Positions 20,340 through 31,394 of a stretch of 64,000 nucleotides of DNA are shown here, in pieces (positions within the stretch are counted from its first letter, which is position 1; each line of letters begins with the position of its first letter). Source of the stretch: Candidatus Latescibacterota bacterium (lineage in GTDB: Bacteria > Latescibacterota > UBA2968 > GCA-2709665). The notes beneath the pieces are model-generated. The model made no database searches. It saw nothing but the letters and a program-made list of their open reading frames with translations, and was not told the origin of the DNA. The stretch lies in assembly GCA_965226795.1 (NCBI GenBank), contig CBDDDZ010000003.1, positions 256,001 to 320,000 of the forward strand. The letters run 5' to 3'. Made by a program: the position numbers and the translations under genes.

Positions 20340-21191
20340 ATGATCCCCCTCGGATTCAGCACCTACGCCACCCAGAGCGTCGACGTGTTCGACGCTCTGC
20401 CCAAAATCCGCGCCATCGGCTACGACGCCGTCGAAATCGCCATCGGCGACGCGTGGCGCACCGCGCCTCATAAGCTCGACCGGAACGCACGGCGCAGACT
20501 TGCAGGTACCCTGCGAGATCTCGGTTTCCCGCCACCGGCACTCTTCGGCCCCGTTTCCACGTGCGCACGAGGCAGCGACCGCCCGACGATGCTAGCCCGC
20601 TTCATCCAGAATTGCATCCTCGCTCGCGACCTCAACTATGGGGACGACCCCGGCATCATCACAACAACGTTGGGCGGCCCCCTTTCAAACTGGGATACGG
20701 AAAAGGAATCCGCAGCCGCCGACCTGATGGAACTGGCGGATCTCGCAGTAGCGCATCGCGTCATTCTGGCGGTGGAACCGCACGTTGGCGCTATCCTGGA
20801 TAAGCCCGAAAAAGCGGCATGGCTTATGGAACACACCCGTCATCCCAACCTCAAAATCCACTTCGACCACAGCCACTTTCATGTTCAGGGCATCGACCTC
20901 CAGCGCGCCGCCGATCTCTGCCTTCCCCACACCGTTCATATACACATCAAAGACGGGTACATGGAAGATGGCGCCGTGACCTTCCTGTTGCCCGGCGAAG
21001 GCAGCCTTGACCTCGTGGCATACTTCCAGACCCTGCTCATGGCGGGCGCCACTGTACCAGTAAACGCTGAAGTCAGCGCGATGATCTGGGGTCGGCCTGA
21101 GTACGACCCTTGGCACGCCGCGGAATTCTGCTACCGTGCGCTTGCCTCCGCCCGCCGGCAGGCCATCGCGTCGACGTCGGGGCCCGATTAA
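20340..21191 (+). CDS. Sugar phosphate isomerase/epimerase (xylose isomerase-like TIM barrel)
   Basis: GYDAVEI, AVEPH, FDHSH, HIHIKD, LPGEG and AEVS metal-binding pattern. Confidence 0.9.
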   Translation: MIPLGFSTYATQSVDVFDALPKIRAIGYDAVEIAIGDAWRTAPHKLDRNARRRLAGTLRDLGFPPPALFGPVSTCARGSDRPTMLARFIQNCILARDLNYGDDPGIITTTLGGPLSNWDTEKESAAADLMELADLAVAHRVILAVEPHVGAILDKPEKAAWLMEHTRHPNLKIHFDHSHFHVQGIDLQRAADLCLPHTVHIHIKDGYMEDGAVTFLLPGEGSLDLVAYFQTLLMAGATVPVNAEVSAMIWGRPEYDPWHAAEFCYRALASARRQAIASTSGPD

Positions 21192-21231
21192 GAGTTGAAG
21201 AAGCAACCCGTATTCCGTGGAGCACACGCGG

Positions 21232-23463
21232 TTAGAACGTCATCTTCCGTACCGTCCCGATCCGATATGAGGGGTGTCTCTCCATTTCCAGGGCCGCGTG
21301 ACAGTAGAACGGGTACACACTCCACTCCACACATCCCAGCAGATCGGGCTTTCCGTCGCCGTTGAAATCACCCGGCCACGCGTTCGGACCGTGAACCGTA
21401 AACGCGATCTCCTCGCCGTAACACCTGAACTCTCTCGGCAGGTCGAACACCGGGGCATCCACCGAACCCACGTTGCGCAGCAAATAGATCTTACCCGTTC
21501 CCGCAAGATTGTATACCAGGTCGATCAATCCGTCCCCGTCCCAATCCACGGCGCGGAACGACTCGGTCCAGTGCTTTGTCCGGCCCACAATGGAGTCGTC
21601 GATCTCCCGCCCGTCCACCAGCCGCACGTGGTCGCCCCGTTTGAGTCTGCGGCGGCTCTCTCCATCCCGATACTGAAGGAACAGCGTTGCTTTTCGGGTA
21701 TGATCGTGTGCGATAAAATCCATCACCCCGTCGCCGTTCCAGTCCGCAAACGCCGCGCCGGTCCGCCAGAAAAACGGCGAACGCGCATCGAAAGGATAGG
21801 GACTGTTGGGCCGGGTCTCGTCGGAGGCCGCCCTGCCCGTTTCCGCCCGCAGATCGTCGGAATCCGGGAAGCCATCCACTTCAAGGAATCTGCGGGTTCC
21901 AAACCTCGGTTCTTCGAACGTACCGATATTTCGATACCAGACAATCCGGTTCGTTTCGTTCGGGAGCATCAGATCCGGCAGACCGTCCCCGTCCCAATCC
22001 ACAAATACGGGATAAGGGTACCCCATATTGTGCCAGTGTTTACTGTGCAGTATCTCATCGCGCAATATCCGGATCGGCTTACCTTCGGAACAAATCAACT
22101 CCGGCTCTGTCCAGACCGGTCGCTCATTGCTGCCGGAATTGATGACCACGCGCGGCCATCCGTAACCCCCGCCGATTACGAGATCGGAGACCCCGTCGCC
22201 ATTCCAGTCGCACAAACACGGCCAGGACTGATCGCTGAATGACATCACCGCCGAAACCGACCGCGCCATTCCCCGGCATTCGAAACGTGGCTGGCCGCCC
22301 CGCGTTCCGGCGAATTCGTAGAAAGTGAGATTCTGATACATATTGTGCTGCACCAGAATCCCTTTCCGATTGCCGTCAGTTACCGCGCTGAGCCGGCTGC
22401 AGAAATCCGGCTCCAGTTCTCCCAGCTTCTGCTGTGGTCCGAACCGGGGCGGATCCCCTCCCAGATTCCTCCGCCACGTCAGAGGATGGTCATACCCGCC
22501 AACCGGCATCGCCATAACGTCCGGTAGTCCATCGCCGTCCAGATCCACGAAAGAGAGTTGTTTCCCAACCCCGAGATCGACCGCATCGGCTGCCCTGAAC
22601 GGCCAGCCGTCCGGGTTCAGATTCCGGATATAGTGTCCGTTGACCACCAGATCCGGAGCGCCATTCCCGCTCAGATCCGCAATGTGGATCCCGGCGTTTT
22701 GAGCAACCGGCGCCGAAATTTCAATGTCCTTCACGAAGACGGGCAACCCGCCCCCGTCGCGTTCCCCTGAATTAAGGTAGACCGTCACCCCTTTATCGAG
22801 CATCCCCGCGTACACGATATCGGGAAGCCCGTCGCCGTTCAGATCAGCGAAGTCCGCTTCGGCGTACACATCCGGGAAATGCTTGAGCTCGCGTGATCCT
22901 CGTTCATCCACGTACCTCAGCCGGGCAAGATCTCCAAACGTAAAGTCCTCTTCCGGTCCCACACGAGGGTAAAACACAATCCCGCTGATGGGTGACCCCG
23001 GTCGATAATAATAATTCCAGCACCCCGCCAGATCGGCGCGGCCGTCGCCGGTCATATCAATAAGACGCATCGAATGCGAGATCGCGAATGGACGCGGGAC
23101 CCCTGCGTTGTACCGCAGGAGGTCTCCGACGCCGATCATGGGCGTGTACTCCTGCGGCTGCAATGGCGGCCTGTAGGGCACGGTGCGAAATCGGATCTCA
23201 TACGCCGTATGGGTAGGATCTTCAACCACCCACTCGATTTTTCCCCGGTCGCCGTAGGCGAAATCCTCGGTCCGGGCGAACGCGATGGCCTCACCCGCGA
23301 CCACGTCCACGACTTCAATGGAATTCGGATCGAACACGCCCGAGGCCTCAATCTGCCGGGCCATGCGACCGAAATCTATGTCCACCGACATCGGAATGCG
23401 CCCGAGATCCCCGGGAAGCGCTGACGTCACCACCAGCCTGAATCCGTATCGCCCGCCATCCAT
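21232..23463 (-). CDS. FG-GAP/VCBS repeat protein
   Basis: About nine D(W/L/F)(D/N)GDGxxD Ca-binding repeats. Confidence 0.9.
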   Translation of the reverse strand: MDGGRYGFRLVVTSALPGDLGRIPMSVDIDFGRMARQIEASGVFDPNSIEVVDVVAGEAIAFARTEDFAYGDRGKIEWVVEDPTHTAYEIRFRTVPYRPPLQPQEYTPMIGVGDLLRYNAGVPRPFAISHSMRLIDMTGDGRADLAGCWNYYYRPGSPISGIVFYPRVGPEEDFTFGDLARLRYVDERGSRELKHFPDVYAEADFADLNGDGLPDIVYAGMLDKGVTVYLNSGERDGGGLPVFVKDIEISAPVAQNAGIHIADLSGNGAPDLVVNGHYIRNLNPDGWPFRAADAVDLGVGKQLSFVDLDGDGLPDVMAMPVGGYDHPLTWRRNLGGDPPRFGPQQKLGELEPDFCSRLSAVTDGNRKGILVQHNMYQNLTFYEFAGTRGGQPRFECRGMARSVSAVMSFSDQSWPCLCDWNGDGVSDLVIGGGYGWPRVVINSGSNERPVWTEPELICSEGKPIRILRDEILHSKHWHNMGYPYPVFVDWDGDGLPDLMLPNETNRIVWYRNIGTFEEPRFGTRRFLEVDGFPDSDDLRAETGRAASDETRPNSPYPFDARSPFFWRTGAAFADWNGDGVMDFIAHDHTRKATLFLQYRDGESRRRLKRGDHVRLVDGREIDDSIVGRTKHWTESFRAVDWDGDGLIDLVYNLAGTGKIYLLRNVGSVDAPVFDLPREFRCYGEEIAFTVHGPNAWPGDFNGDGKPDLLGCVEWSVYPFYCHAALEMERHPSYRIGTVRKMTF

Positions 23464-23467
23464 GCCG

Positions 23468-24007
23468 TCACTCTGTCTTCAATCGATCATGAAACGCGTC
23501 CCTGAACCACTGCATCTTCGGGTCGATCACGAATATGCAGTACGGTTGGGCACGATTCGAGCGATAGTAATTCTGGTGATAATCCTCAGCGCTGTAAAAT
23601 TCGGTTAGAGGCGAGACCTCCGTCACGATCGGATCCGTCCATAGCTCCGAGGCATCCGTCTCCGCCAGGGACTGTTCCGCTTCCGCCCTCTGTTGTTCGT
23701 CGTGATAAAAAATCACAGACCGGTACTGTGTGCCCACGTCCGCGTCCTGACGGTTCAGCGTTGTCGGATCGTGAGTGCGCCAGAACACGGCAAGCAGGTC
23801 CCGATAGGAAACCGTCTCCGGATCGAATCGAATCTGCACGACCTCGGCATGCCCCGTGGTTCCGTCGCACACCGCCCGATAGGTCGGGTTCGGAACCGAG
23901 CCGCCCGCATATCCCGAAACCACTTCCAGTACCCCTTTCAGGTCCTGATAAAACGCCTCCACGCACCAGAAGCATCCCCCACCGAACGTCGCGCGTTCTT
24001 CAGCCAT
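23468..24007 (-). CDS. msrA: Peptide methionine sulfoxide reductase A
   Basis: GGCFWC, GHAEVVQ, GTQYRS and AEDYHQNY motifs. Confidence 0.97.
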   Translation of the reverse strand: MAEERATFGGGCFWCVEAFYQDLKGVLEVVSGYAGGSVPNPTYRAVCDGTTGHAEVVQIRFDPETVSYRDLLAVFWRTHDPTTLNRQDADVGTQYRSVIFYHDEQQRAEAEQSLAETDASELWTDPIVTEVSPLTEFYSAEDYHQNYYRSNRAQPYCIFVIDPKMQWFRDAFHDRLKTE

Positions 24008-24026
24008 AATCATCTCCTCACTGATA

Positions 24027-24290
24027 CTACTTTCTCGACATCCCCCTGGTATACACCTTGCCCTGGATGATCTTGTGCGCCGGTCGCCCGCCCATCATCC
24101 GTTCCCGCGCAAATGCCTGCCCGCAATCCGGACACTTCAGATCTCCGCGGGTGCAGTCCTCCACAATCCGTTCCACGAAGCACTTGACCAGGCCGCCCCT
24201 GCCGCCTTTCTGGTACTTGTAGAGCAACGTCCGGCACTTGGCGCAATGGATGGAAATGGTCCGTCGATCAACCCGCTCTCTGGCCGCCAT
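24027..24290 (-). CDS. Small zinc-ribbon-like protein
   Basis: CAKC...CPDC pairs; 87 aa, tightly packed between neighbouring genes. Confidence 0.75.
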   Translation of the reverse strand: MAARERVDRRTISIHCAKCRTLLYKYQKGGRGGLVKCFVERIVEDCTRGDLKCPDCGQAFARERMMGGRPAHKIIQGKVYTRGMSRK

Positions 24291-24294
24291 AGCG

Positions 24295-25281
24295 CTACTC
24301 CGGCCGCAGTTCCCCCAGCAACGGTTCGCCAGGTGAAATGAACTCCACCGTCGGGTTTTCGATTCGCCCGTATGCGTTCCACACCTTGAACCCGAGCAGC
24401 GCCAGCAACTCGGGGGAGGCATCCTTCAGTACCTCGGGCGAGGTTCCAACGGTGAAATTCTCCTGTGGCCGGAACTGTGGACCGCAGAAGGTCGTCAACA
24501 GCGCAAGCCGTTGGCTGCCGGTCACGTTGGCACCCGTACCATGCCAGATTCGCGCATCGATAATCAGGGCCGTGCCCGCCGGACCCTCCGCGGCAACCGC
24601 CTCCACGTCGGAAGCCTTGTCTGGCTGCCGACCGAACAAATGGCTGCCCGGAACGACGCGCGTTCCCCCGTTCCCCGCCGTGAAATCCACCAGCATCCAC
24701 AACACGTTCACCGCTGCCGCCGGTGCGATCATCTCCGGCGCTTTATCCCCGTCCCCGTCAAACCGCTCCCGTGTAATCGAGCCAACGGGCAACGGCTTCC
24801 GGTCCGGTCTGGTGGGCGCGGGCATCCACCACTGGTCGGTATGCAGATCCATCTCCACGCCGCCGGGCCTGGCGATATTCGCCGTAAAGCTCGAAAGCAG
24901 GTACTCCTCGCCCAGAACGTGGCTAACCACCTCTCGCACCCGCTCCTGAAACAACACCTGGTGAAAAACCCGTCCCTTGTTAATCAACATCCATAGACGC
25001 TGGTTGACGCCCCCGTGCGCCGCCGTGAACGCGTCCGGCCGCACCTGCCCCTTTTCGTCACGGAATGCACCCCAGTTCTGGCCCGGACCCCCGTCTTCAT
25101 ATGCGGCGCCCTGTTGCTTCTCCGCTTCAGCCTGCTCCAACAGCCGTCTGCGCATGGCCGCCACCTGATCCTGGCTCAACGCGTCCTTCAGTAAACCGTA
25201 TCCGGACCGCTCGATATTTGACTTCGCCACCGCCAGGTCGTCGGTAAGTCCCGGCAACCGATCGCCTTCCGAAACGGCCAT
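24295..25281 (-). CDS. PhyH-family Fe(II)/2-oxoglutarate dioxygenase
   Basis: HTD...WHG triad and NGGTRVVPGSH; GGAGG RBS; TTGACT-N17-TAGCAT at 25367-25339. Confidence 0.93.
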   Translation of the reverse strand: MAVSEGDRLPGLTDDLAVAKSNIERSGYGLLKDALSQDQVAAMRRRLLEQAEAEKQQGAAYEDGGPGQNWGAFRDEKGQVRPDAFTAAHGGVNQRLWMLINKGRVFHQVLFQERVREVVSHVLGEEYLLSSFTANIARPGGVEMDLHTDQWWMPAPTRPDRKPLPVGSITRERFDGDGDKAPEMIAPAAAVNVLWMLVDFTAGNGGTRVVPGSHLFGRQPDKASDVEAVAAEGPAGTALIIDARIWHGTGANVTGSQRLALLTTFCGPQFRPQENFTVGTSPEVLKDASPELLALLGFKVWNAYGRIENPTVEFISPGEPLLGELRPE

Positions 25282-25522
25282 AGAGACACCTCCATCTTAC
25301 GTCGATATCACCGTCGGCCATCTGAAACTGCACCCTCTATGCTACACCGGTACCCCGGGCAAGTCAACCCCTTCCGCTACGGCCCGTACTTTACCGGGGG
25401 CTACAAACAAACCTTGAAATCCGGCCATTTTATTCTGTATTTTGAGTCCATCGAAGCCGGATACAAAACCCGTAATCAGGCCTTTTCCGTATCAGCGCCG
25501 GCCACCCCGAAACGAGGATTGT

Positions 25523-26947
25523 ATGGTACCGCAGCACCTCCAGGCATCGCTCGACAGGCAGATTGCCGAATACATGGACAAACACCCGCGATCCCAGGCG
25601 ATGTTCAAACGGGCCCAGGCATCGCTTCCCGGCGGAAACACGCGCACCGGCGTCCACTTCGATCCGTTCCCGGTCTACGCCGACCGCGGCGAAGGCGTCC
25701 ATCTCATCGATCTGGACGGCCACCGCCTTCTCGATTTCGTGAACAACAATACCGCCCTCATCCTGGGCCACGCCCACCCCGAAGTCGTCGCCGCGCTCAG
25801 GGAACGGATAGCCCTCGGCACCGGCTTCTCACGACCACTGGCCCTCGAAGTCGAAATGGCTGAATTCCTGAAGAACCGCGTCGGCTCCTTTGAAAAGGTA
25901 CGCTTCTGCAGCTCCGGCACCGAAGCCATCCTCAATGCCATCCGCGCGGCCCGCGCCTTCACCGGCAAAACCAGAATCGCCAAATTCGAAGGGGCGTACC
26001 ACGGGATGGATGAATACGTGATGGTAAGCCACGTCCCTCCGGTCGACGGAAATCTGGGACCGGCCACCCGGCCCTGCTCAGTGCCTTCCTCACGCGGCCT
26101 TACCCCTCAGGCCGTCGAGAATGTCATCGTCCTCCCGTTTAACGATGCCGACGCCTGCGATACGATCATCAACGAACACGGGGACGATCTGGCCGCGGTG
26201 GTGGTCGATCCGCTTTCAACGGCAGCCGGCTTTACCCTTCCGGTCGACGGTTTTCTTGCGCGTCTCCGCGAAATCACGGAACGCGCCGGCGTATTGCTCA
26301 TATTCGACGAAATCGTCAGCTTTCGCATCTCCCACGGCGGCGCCCAGGATACGTATGGCGTACGCCCCGACCTCACGTGCCTGGGTAAAGTCGTGGCGGG
26401 CGGCACCCCCGGCGCCGTGGTGGGCGGTCGCTCCGACATCCTGGATCTCTACAACCCCACCGGAGGGACCCCGCGAATTCCTCATTCCGGCACGTTTAAC
26501 GCCAACCCCATCGCCATCGTCGCGGGCCTCACGACCCTTCGCATGCTCACGCCGGAAGCCTATGGAAGGCTGGATTCTCTGACGCGGCGCCTTGCCGACC
26601 GGCTCGGATGCGTTTTCCAGGATGCCGGCCTCGAGGCACAGGTCACAACGGCGGGCTCCCTGTTCCGGATCCACTTCCTCACCGAGAAGCCCCGAAACTA
26701 CCGCCAGGCTGCCCGCGACAACCAGACTCTGCACCGCTGGCTGTTCTTCGCCCTGCTCAACCGCGGTATATACTGGAAACTCGGCGGCAATGTCTCATTG
26801 CCAATGGAAACGTCTCACGTCGATCAACTCGTCTCGGCCGTAGACGACGCGCTACGGGCGCGGAAGCAAAAAACCCGATCCAGTGATTCATGTCTCAATG
26901 AAGCACATATTCCGTTCGGCCATCAGACAGGAGTCTTCCGTGAATAG
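25523..26947 (+). CDS. Class III aminotransferase (glutamate-1-semialdehyde aminomutase-like)
   Basis: SSGTEA, FEGAYHG, IFDEIVSFR, LGKVVAGG and SGTFNANP motifs. The last ~30 aa look like non-homologous read-through. Confidence 0.9.
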   Translation: MVPQHLQASLDRQIAEYMDKHPRSQAMFKRAQASLPGGNTRTGVHFDPFPVYADRGEGVHLIDLDGHRLLDFVNNNTALILGHAHPEVVAALRERIALGTGFSRPLALEVEMAEFLKNRVGSFEKVRFCSSGTEAILNAIRAARAFTGKTRIAKFEGAYHGMDEYVMVSHVPPVDGNLGPATRPCSVPSSRGLTPQAVENVIVLPFNDADACDTIINEHGDDLAAVVVDPLSTAAGFTLPVDGFLARLREITERAGVLLIFDEIVSFRISHGGAQDTYGVRPDLTCLGKVVAGGTPGAVVGGRSDILDLYNPTGGTPRIPHSGTFNANPIAIVAGLTTLRMLTPEAYGRLDSLTRRLADRLGCVFQDAGLEAQVTTAGSLFRIHFLTEKPRNYRQAARDNQTLHRWLFFALLNRGIYWKLGGNVSLPMETSHVDQLVSAVDDALRARKQKTRSSDSCLNEAHIPFGHQTGVFRE

Positions 26948-27899
26948 CAAGACTGTTATCGTAGATGAGTTTTTGCTTAAAGGGCTCATTGGTATGAGCC
27001 GGGCAATCAGTAAGAATCGTATGTGCGGCCATCCAGCCGCTGCGATGCTGGCTGGATATTTTTTTTGTCTTGAGAATGCCCTATCAACTGAGGTTCAAGC
27101 CGAAGTCTATGATCTCGTGAAACGCATGGTCAACTCAGAGTCAATCTGGTTCAGCGGGGATGGGCAATCTTCAACCAATGAGATTTTTTTTTCGACCGAA
27201 CCAGACCAGAGACCAAACGCGGATCTAATACCATCTGTTGCCGCTGCACTTGAGCCAAGTATCACCGAATGTCGGGATTCAGGACACAATACTATCTTCG
27301 CGTCCTTAGCTCTAAAGGCACTACATGCTGCACCACAGTATGCATTTCCTGCGATTATAGAAGGCATCAATGACTTGCTCAAGGCTTTTGTGGGTCGTGG
27401 GCCGGGATGGGCAAATGTACCAGGCAACGAGAAATTGGCAGACCCCCGTGAGTTCTCGGTAGCTCAAGAGCCGGTCAATCAACCCTATGAGAGCTATGTC
27501 GACATGATCGATGCAGTATCCCGCTATGTCGTACCGGACAACTTCACCAAAAGAGGCGTTGGCGGACCGATCCATGTCATAAATCATGCCGGAGCTCTAT
27601 TGGATCTGCGGGCATTGGGGTATTCTTCATTGGCGACTAAAGGGCTGGCAGCTCATCGGCAACACATTGAGTTGTGGTTGAGCCTTCCGAAATTCCCGCA
27701 AGCTGAAAACAGATACTCCGTGAAATCGCAGCACGATCCTCGCACATCGGACTACTGGCGTGAGGAAATAACCATAAACGATGGCGGTGGCGATGAACAT
27801 CGGTTGAAGATTCTCTATGGCGCTCATCGTTTTTCAGATTGCATTACAGACGTAAACAAACGTCGTCGTTTTCTTGAAAGTGCGGCACACCTGTTTTAA
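26940..27899 (+). CDS. Hypothetical His-motif helical protein, lower GC
   Basis: AGGAG RBS before GTG at 26940; 319-aa ORF. Confidence 0.8.
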   Translation: MNSKTVIVDEFLLKGLIGMSRAISKNRMCGHPAAAMLAGYFFCLENALSTEVQAEVYDLVKRMVNSESIWFSGDGQSSTNEIFFSTEPDQRPNADLIPSVAAALEPSITECRDSGHNTIFASLALKALHAAPQYAFPAIIEGINDLLKAFVGRGPGWANVPGNEKLADPREFSVAQEPVNQPYESYVDMIDAVSRYVVPDNFTKRGVGGPIHVINHAGALLDLRALGYSSLATKGLAAHRQHIELWLSLPKFPQAENRYSVKSQHDPRTSDYWREEITINDGGGDEHRLKILYGAHRFSDCITDVNKRRRFLESAAHLF

Positions 27900-28108
27900 A
27901 AATGTGCCTGACGACAAATGCATGAACTCTGACCATCAAAATTGGAATGGCTGATAACCGAAACAGCCTTTTCGAAGAGATTTCAAGCGTGGAGTGATAG
28001 GCTTGTGTTAACGTCAAAAGCAACTGCTTATGAGCGTCGGATTCGCGACAGGCGCTAAGATGTGAAGGAGAGATCGTCCAAACGAAAACTGAACAGGCGA
28101 GGTGACTT

Positions 28109-28519
28109 ATGAATCCCAGACTAAAGAATGCGTTGGCCGTCATCGTCGGCATTATTGCAGGAAGTGTAGCAAATATGGCACTGGTGGTAGTAGGTCCTGC
28201 AATCATCCCACCCCCTGATGGTGTCGATGTGACCAATATGGAATCCATCAGGTCATCCCTGCACATGTTTGAATTCAAGCACTTCGTCTTCCCGTTCCTG
28301 GCTCACGCCTTGGGGACCCTCGCAGGCGCGTACTTGGCCGTCGTCATGTCTGCAAGCCGCGGGATGGCAGCGGCGATGGTTGTTGGTGGTTTTTTCCTGA
28401 TAGGCGGCATCATCAACGCGGTCTCGATAGCGTCACCCACCTTGTTTGCCGTCGTGGACCTGGTTGGCGCCTACATACCCATGGCGTGGATCGGTGCAAG
28501 ATTAGCCGGAAGATCGTAA
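28109..28519 (+). CDS. Hypothetical four-TM membrane protein
   Basis: GAGGT RBS; four hydrophobic helices. Confidence 0.85.
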   Translation: MNPRLKNALAVIVGIIAGSVANMALVVVGPAIIPPPDGVDVTNMESIRSSLHMFEFKHFVFPFLAHALGTLAGAYLAVVMSASRGMAAAMVVGGFFLIGGIINAVSIASPTLFAVVDLVGAYIPMAWIGARLAGRS

Positions 28520-28644
28520 GGAACAACGGCTGAATGGGCCGGTGTGGACGGTGTTAATCCGAGCCGCGAAGCTGAACGGCGTCTGGGCGCCCTGGCCTTC
28601 GGCAACACCTCGACACGCTTCGCGGCCCCGAAAAGGATGTCGTC

Positions 28645-30126
28645 ATGACCAGGTCTCTCCCAGACGTCCCTTCCCTCGAGCTCGAGCGCAAACGTGCCAA
28701 AGCTCTCTCTCGGGATTTCGCAGCGGCGATGAAGGCGATCGACGTCAACGACACCGCCCGCCTTGGCAGCCTCATCGCGGAGCAGCCGGCCCTGCTTATC
28801 TGGAGCGAGCACGACGAGGGTCCCGCCCTGCTCCATGCCACTACCTCCTACGCCAACTTCCCCGGCGCCGAGAACGAAGCGGTCTACAACCGGCCCGACT
28901 GTGCCCGCCTGCTGCTCGACGCCGGCGCGGTCATGCATCCCGGGGTCTACCTGAGGACGATCGACACGGGCGCCCACGGCATGCTCGCGCTGTTCGACGA
29001 GATGGGTGTGCTGCCCGACAACCTGCGTATCTTCGCCGCACGGGGCGATCTCGACAAGGTGCGGAAGTGTTTCGACGCTGCCGGCGCCCTGCTCGACACA
29101 GGGCGTCCGGAGGTGGAACTTCGCTCCGGGTACGCGGGCGCCGAGGAGGACTGGCCCGACCCCGAAGACGATCGGTTGATCGTGGCCGATGCCTTTCTCT
29201 ACGCCTGTCGGCTGGGTCATCGCGACGTCGCCCGTTTCCTGCTGCGCCGTTGCATTCCATTCGACGGCGATCTTCGGATCCGCGTCGAGGCTTGGCAGGG
29301 GGAAACGGCGTTCATCGATTTCTTGCTGGAGAAGCGGCCCGAGGGTGGAAGGCGCGTTCGCGCCTATCGGGAGGCGGACGACGCCCCCGGACTGATCTGG
29401 AGCCGGGCCGTGGAGTTGCGCCTGCTCGCTGCACTGGAAGAGGGCGACGCAGAGGCCATCGGCGATCTGCTATCCACCGAACCCTTTCTCCTGGTCCCTC
29501 CCTATCTCGATACCCAGAAGAGGTTGTTGGAGGTCGCAGCCTACTCCGAGGGAACGCTGCCGGTGATCGAGGCCGTGATCGCCAGCGGCGCTGCCATCGC
29601 CACCGCGGTTGAACCGCCGGAGTCTTGCGCTGTCTCCTATGCTCTCGAATACGGGCATGCCGACTACGTTCCAGCCCTGTCGCAGATCTGGCAGGTGCCC
29701 GGCGATCTCCCCCACGCTGCCGGTCTGGGCGACCTGGAAGCGGTCGCAAAGAGGTTCGCCAACGGCCATCCGCGGTTGGACGATCCATCCGTGTACGCCT
29801 CTCAGCCGGGGGAATCACCGCTGACAACCGTTCAGGAGGTCGTCGATCGTGCGTTTGCCTGGGCGGTGCAAAACGGCAATTACGGGATAGCGGATTATCT
29901 CCTGGATCACGGTGCCGATATCAACACGAGATGGAGTACCCACGAACCGGCCAGCATCCTGCACGAGTGCGCCTTCGCCGGCCGCATGGAACAGGTTGTA
30001 TATCTCATTGGCAAAGGGATCGACGTGACCATAAAGGACCATCGATACGATGCCACCGCCGAAGACTGGGCGCGTTTTACAGGACAAGACCAGGTCGCCG
30101 ATTATGTGGCCGAATCGAAGGGTTGA
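28645..30126 (+). CDS. Ankyrin-repeat protein
   Basis: AVQNGNYGIADYLLDHGADIN and LHECAFAGRMEQVVYLIGKGIDV repeats. Confidence 0.88.
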   Translation: MTRSLPDVPSLELERKRAKALSRDFAAAMKAIDVNDTARLGSLIAEQPALLIWSEHDEGPALLHATTSYANFPGAENEAVYNRPDCARLLLDAGAVMHPGVYLRTIDTGAHGMLALFDEMGVLPDNLRIFAARGDLDKVRKCFDAAGALLDTGRPEVELRSGYAGAEEDWPDPEDDRLIVADAFLYACRLGHRDVARFLLRRCIPFDGDLRIRVEAWQGETAFIDFLLEKRPEGGRRVRAYREADDAPGLIWSRAVELRLLAALEEGDAEAIGDLLSTEPFLLVPPYLDTQKRLLEVAAYSEGTLPVIEAVIASGAAIATAVEPPESCAVSYALEYGHADYVPALSQIWQVPGDLPHAAGLGDLEAVAKRFANGHPRLDDPSVYASQPGESPLTTVQEVVDRAFAWAVQNGNYGIADYLLDHGADINTRWSTHEPASILHECAFAGRMEQVVYLIGKGIDVTIKDHRYDATAEDWARFTGQDQVADYVAESKG

Positions 30127-30233
30127 CGAACTACGGTTTCGACCTTGGCCTTCGGCACCTCGCTTCGCGGGTTCGTGGGTGCCGAGAACATTAAGCGAAA
30201 GCGGCTGACAATTGTCGACTACGGAGAACATAG

Positions 30234-31010
30234 ATGAGTACCAGGCTCTACAACCTCCCTCAGCTCTATGATAACGCCTTCTCCTAGGATCTTTCTCAAG
30301 AGATCGACTTCTTCAAAAGAGCTTTCGAAACGCACGTGCCTTTCCCGGTACGGCACATCCTGGAGCCAGCGTGCGGCTCCGGGCGCTTTCTGAGAACCTT
30401 GCCTTCCTATGGGTTCCGGGTCACAGGCTACGACGTCAACCCCGCCATGGTCCAATACGCTGCGGAATCTGTTGCGGCTGCCGGATGGGAGCGGAGTGTT
30501 CGGATTGTACTGGCCGACATGGTCTCCGCTGAGATCCCTGGTGAGTTTGATGCTGCGTTCAATGCGATAAATAGCATTGGATACCTTCATTCCGACGATG
30601 ATGTGGTTTCCCATCTGAAGGTTACGGGTTCATCGCTCCGTGAGGGCGGGATTTATCTTGTCCATCTGAATTTCGGACACGAGGGTGAACTACCTGATGG
30701 GGTTCATTGGACGATGGATCGTGACGGCATCAACGTGAAAATCTCGTGGCGAATCCTTAGCGAAGACAAAGAATCAAAATTGAGTCACCAAATTGGCTCG
30801 TTTGAAATCGAACAGGATAGCAAGAAAGAGCAGTTTGATTTTCTTCATACCCTGAGGCTATGGCTGTTTTCCGATCTACAGGAGTTAATCCAGCGATCAG
30901 GTCAGTTTGAGGTCGTGGCGATTTATGGAGAGGATTTCGAAGAACTGAACGACTGGAAGCGCCTGTCTGGGGAACTTGGAAACGTCTACTTGACACTTCT
31001 GAAGACTTAA
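30234..31010 (+). pseudogene. Class I SAM methyltransferase with in-frame TAG
   Basis: GGAG RBS and ATG at 30234: MSTRLYNLPQLYDNAFS*DLSQEIDFF...ILEPACGSGR. The TAG at 30285 is in frame, plausibly TGG to TAG. Confidence 0.8.
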
Positions 31011-31019
31011 GCTCCCTTC

Positions 31020-31381
31020 GGCGGCGCACCCGGGGATCATGGCCGTCGGATTCCGAGGAGAAGACGAGAAGGTTCTTCGGCCACTGGTACGATTTACATG
31101 GCAAGAGGCAGTGCGGTTACTACCTGGGACACGAAGTATTAGCCAGGATGGAAGCGCTCGATCTTGAGCGAGAGGCTCCATGCGCTGCCCACGGTGCGTG
31201 GACTGCAGACGACAGGTTCGCTGTGAAGCTTTGCTATACGGAATCCGCGCCTATTTACACCTTGACGCTCCGGTTCGAGCAGCAAAGGGTGGTATTCGAC
31301 AGGTTCATCAACATAAAACCCCTGGAACGGCTTTCGCAAGACCCGCTGCGCGAGTTGTTGGGTGCCGGGGACGTTTACTGA
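31020..31381 (+). pseudogene. Gene fragments (probable C-terminal remnants)
   Basis: FFGHWYDLHGKRQCGYYLGHEVL, followed by AAHGAWTADDRFAVKLCYTESAPIYTLTLRF which resembles the tail of beta-lactamase-family serine hydrolases. No N-termini are present. Confidence 0.45.
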
Positions 31382-31394
31382 AATCGGGGCATGA

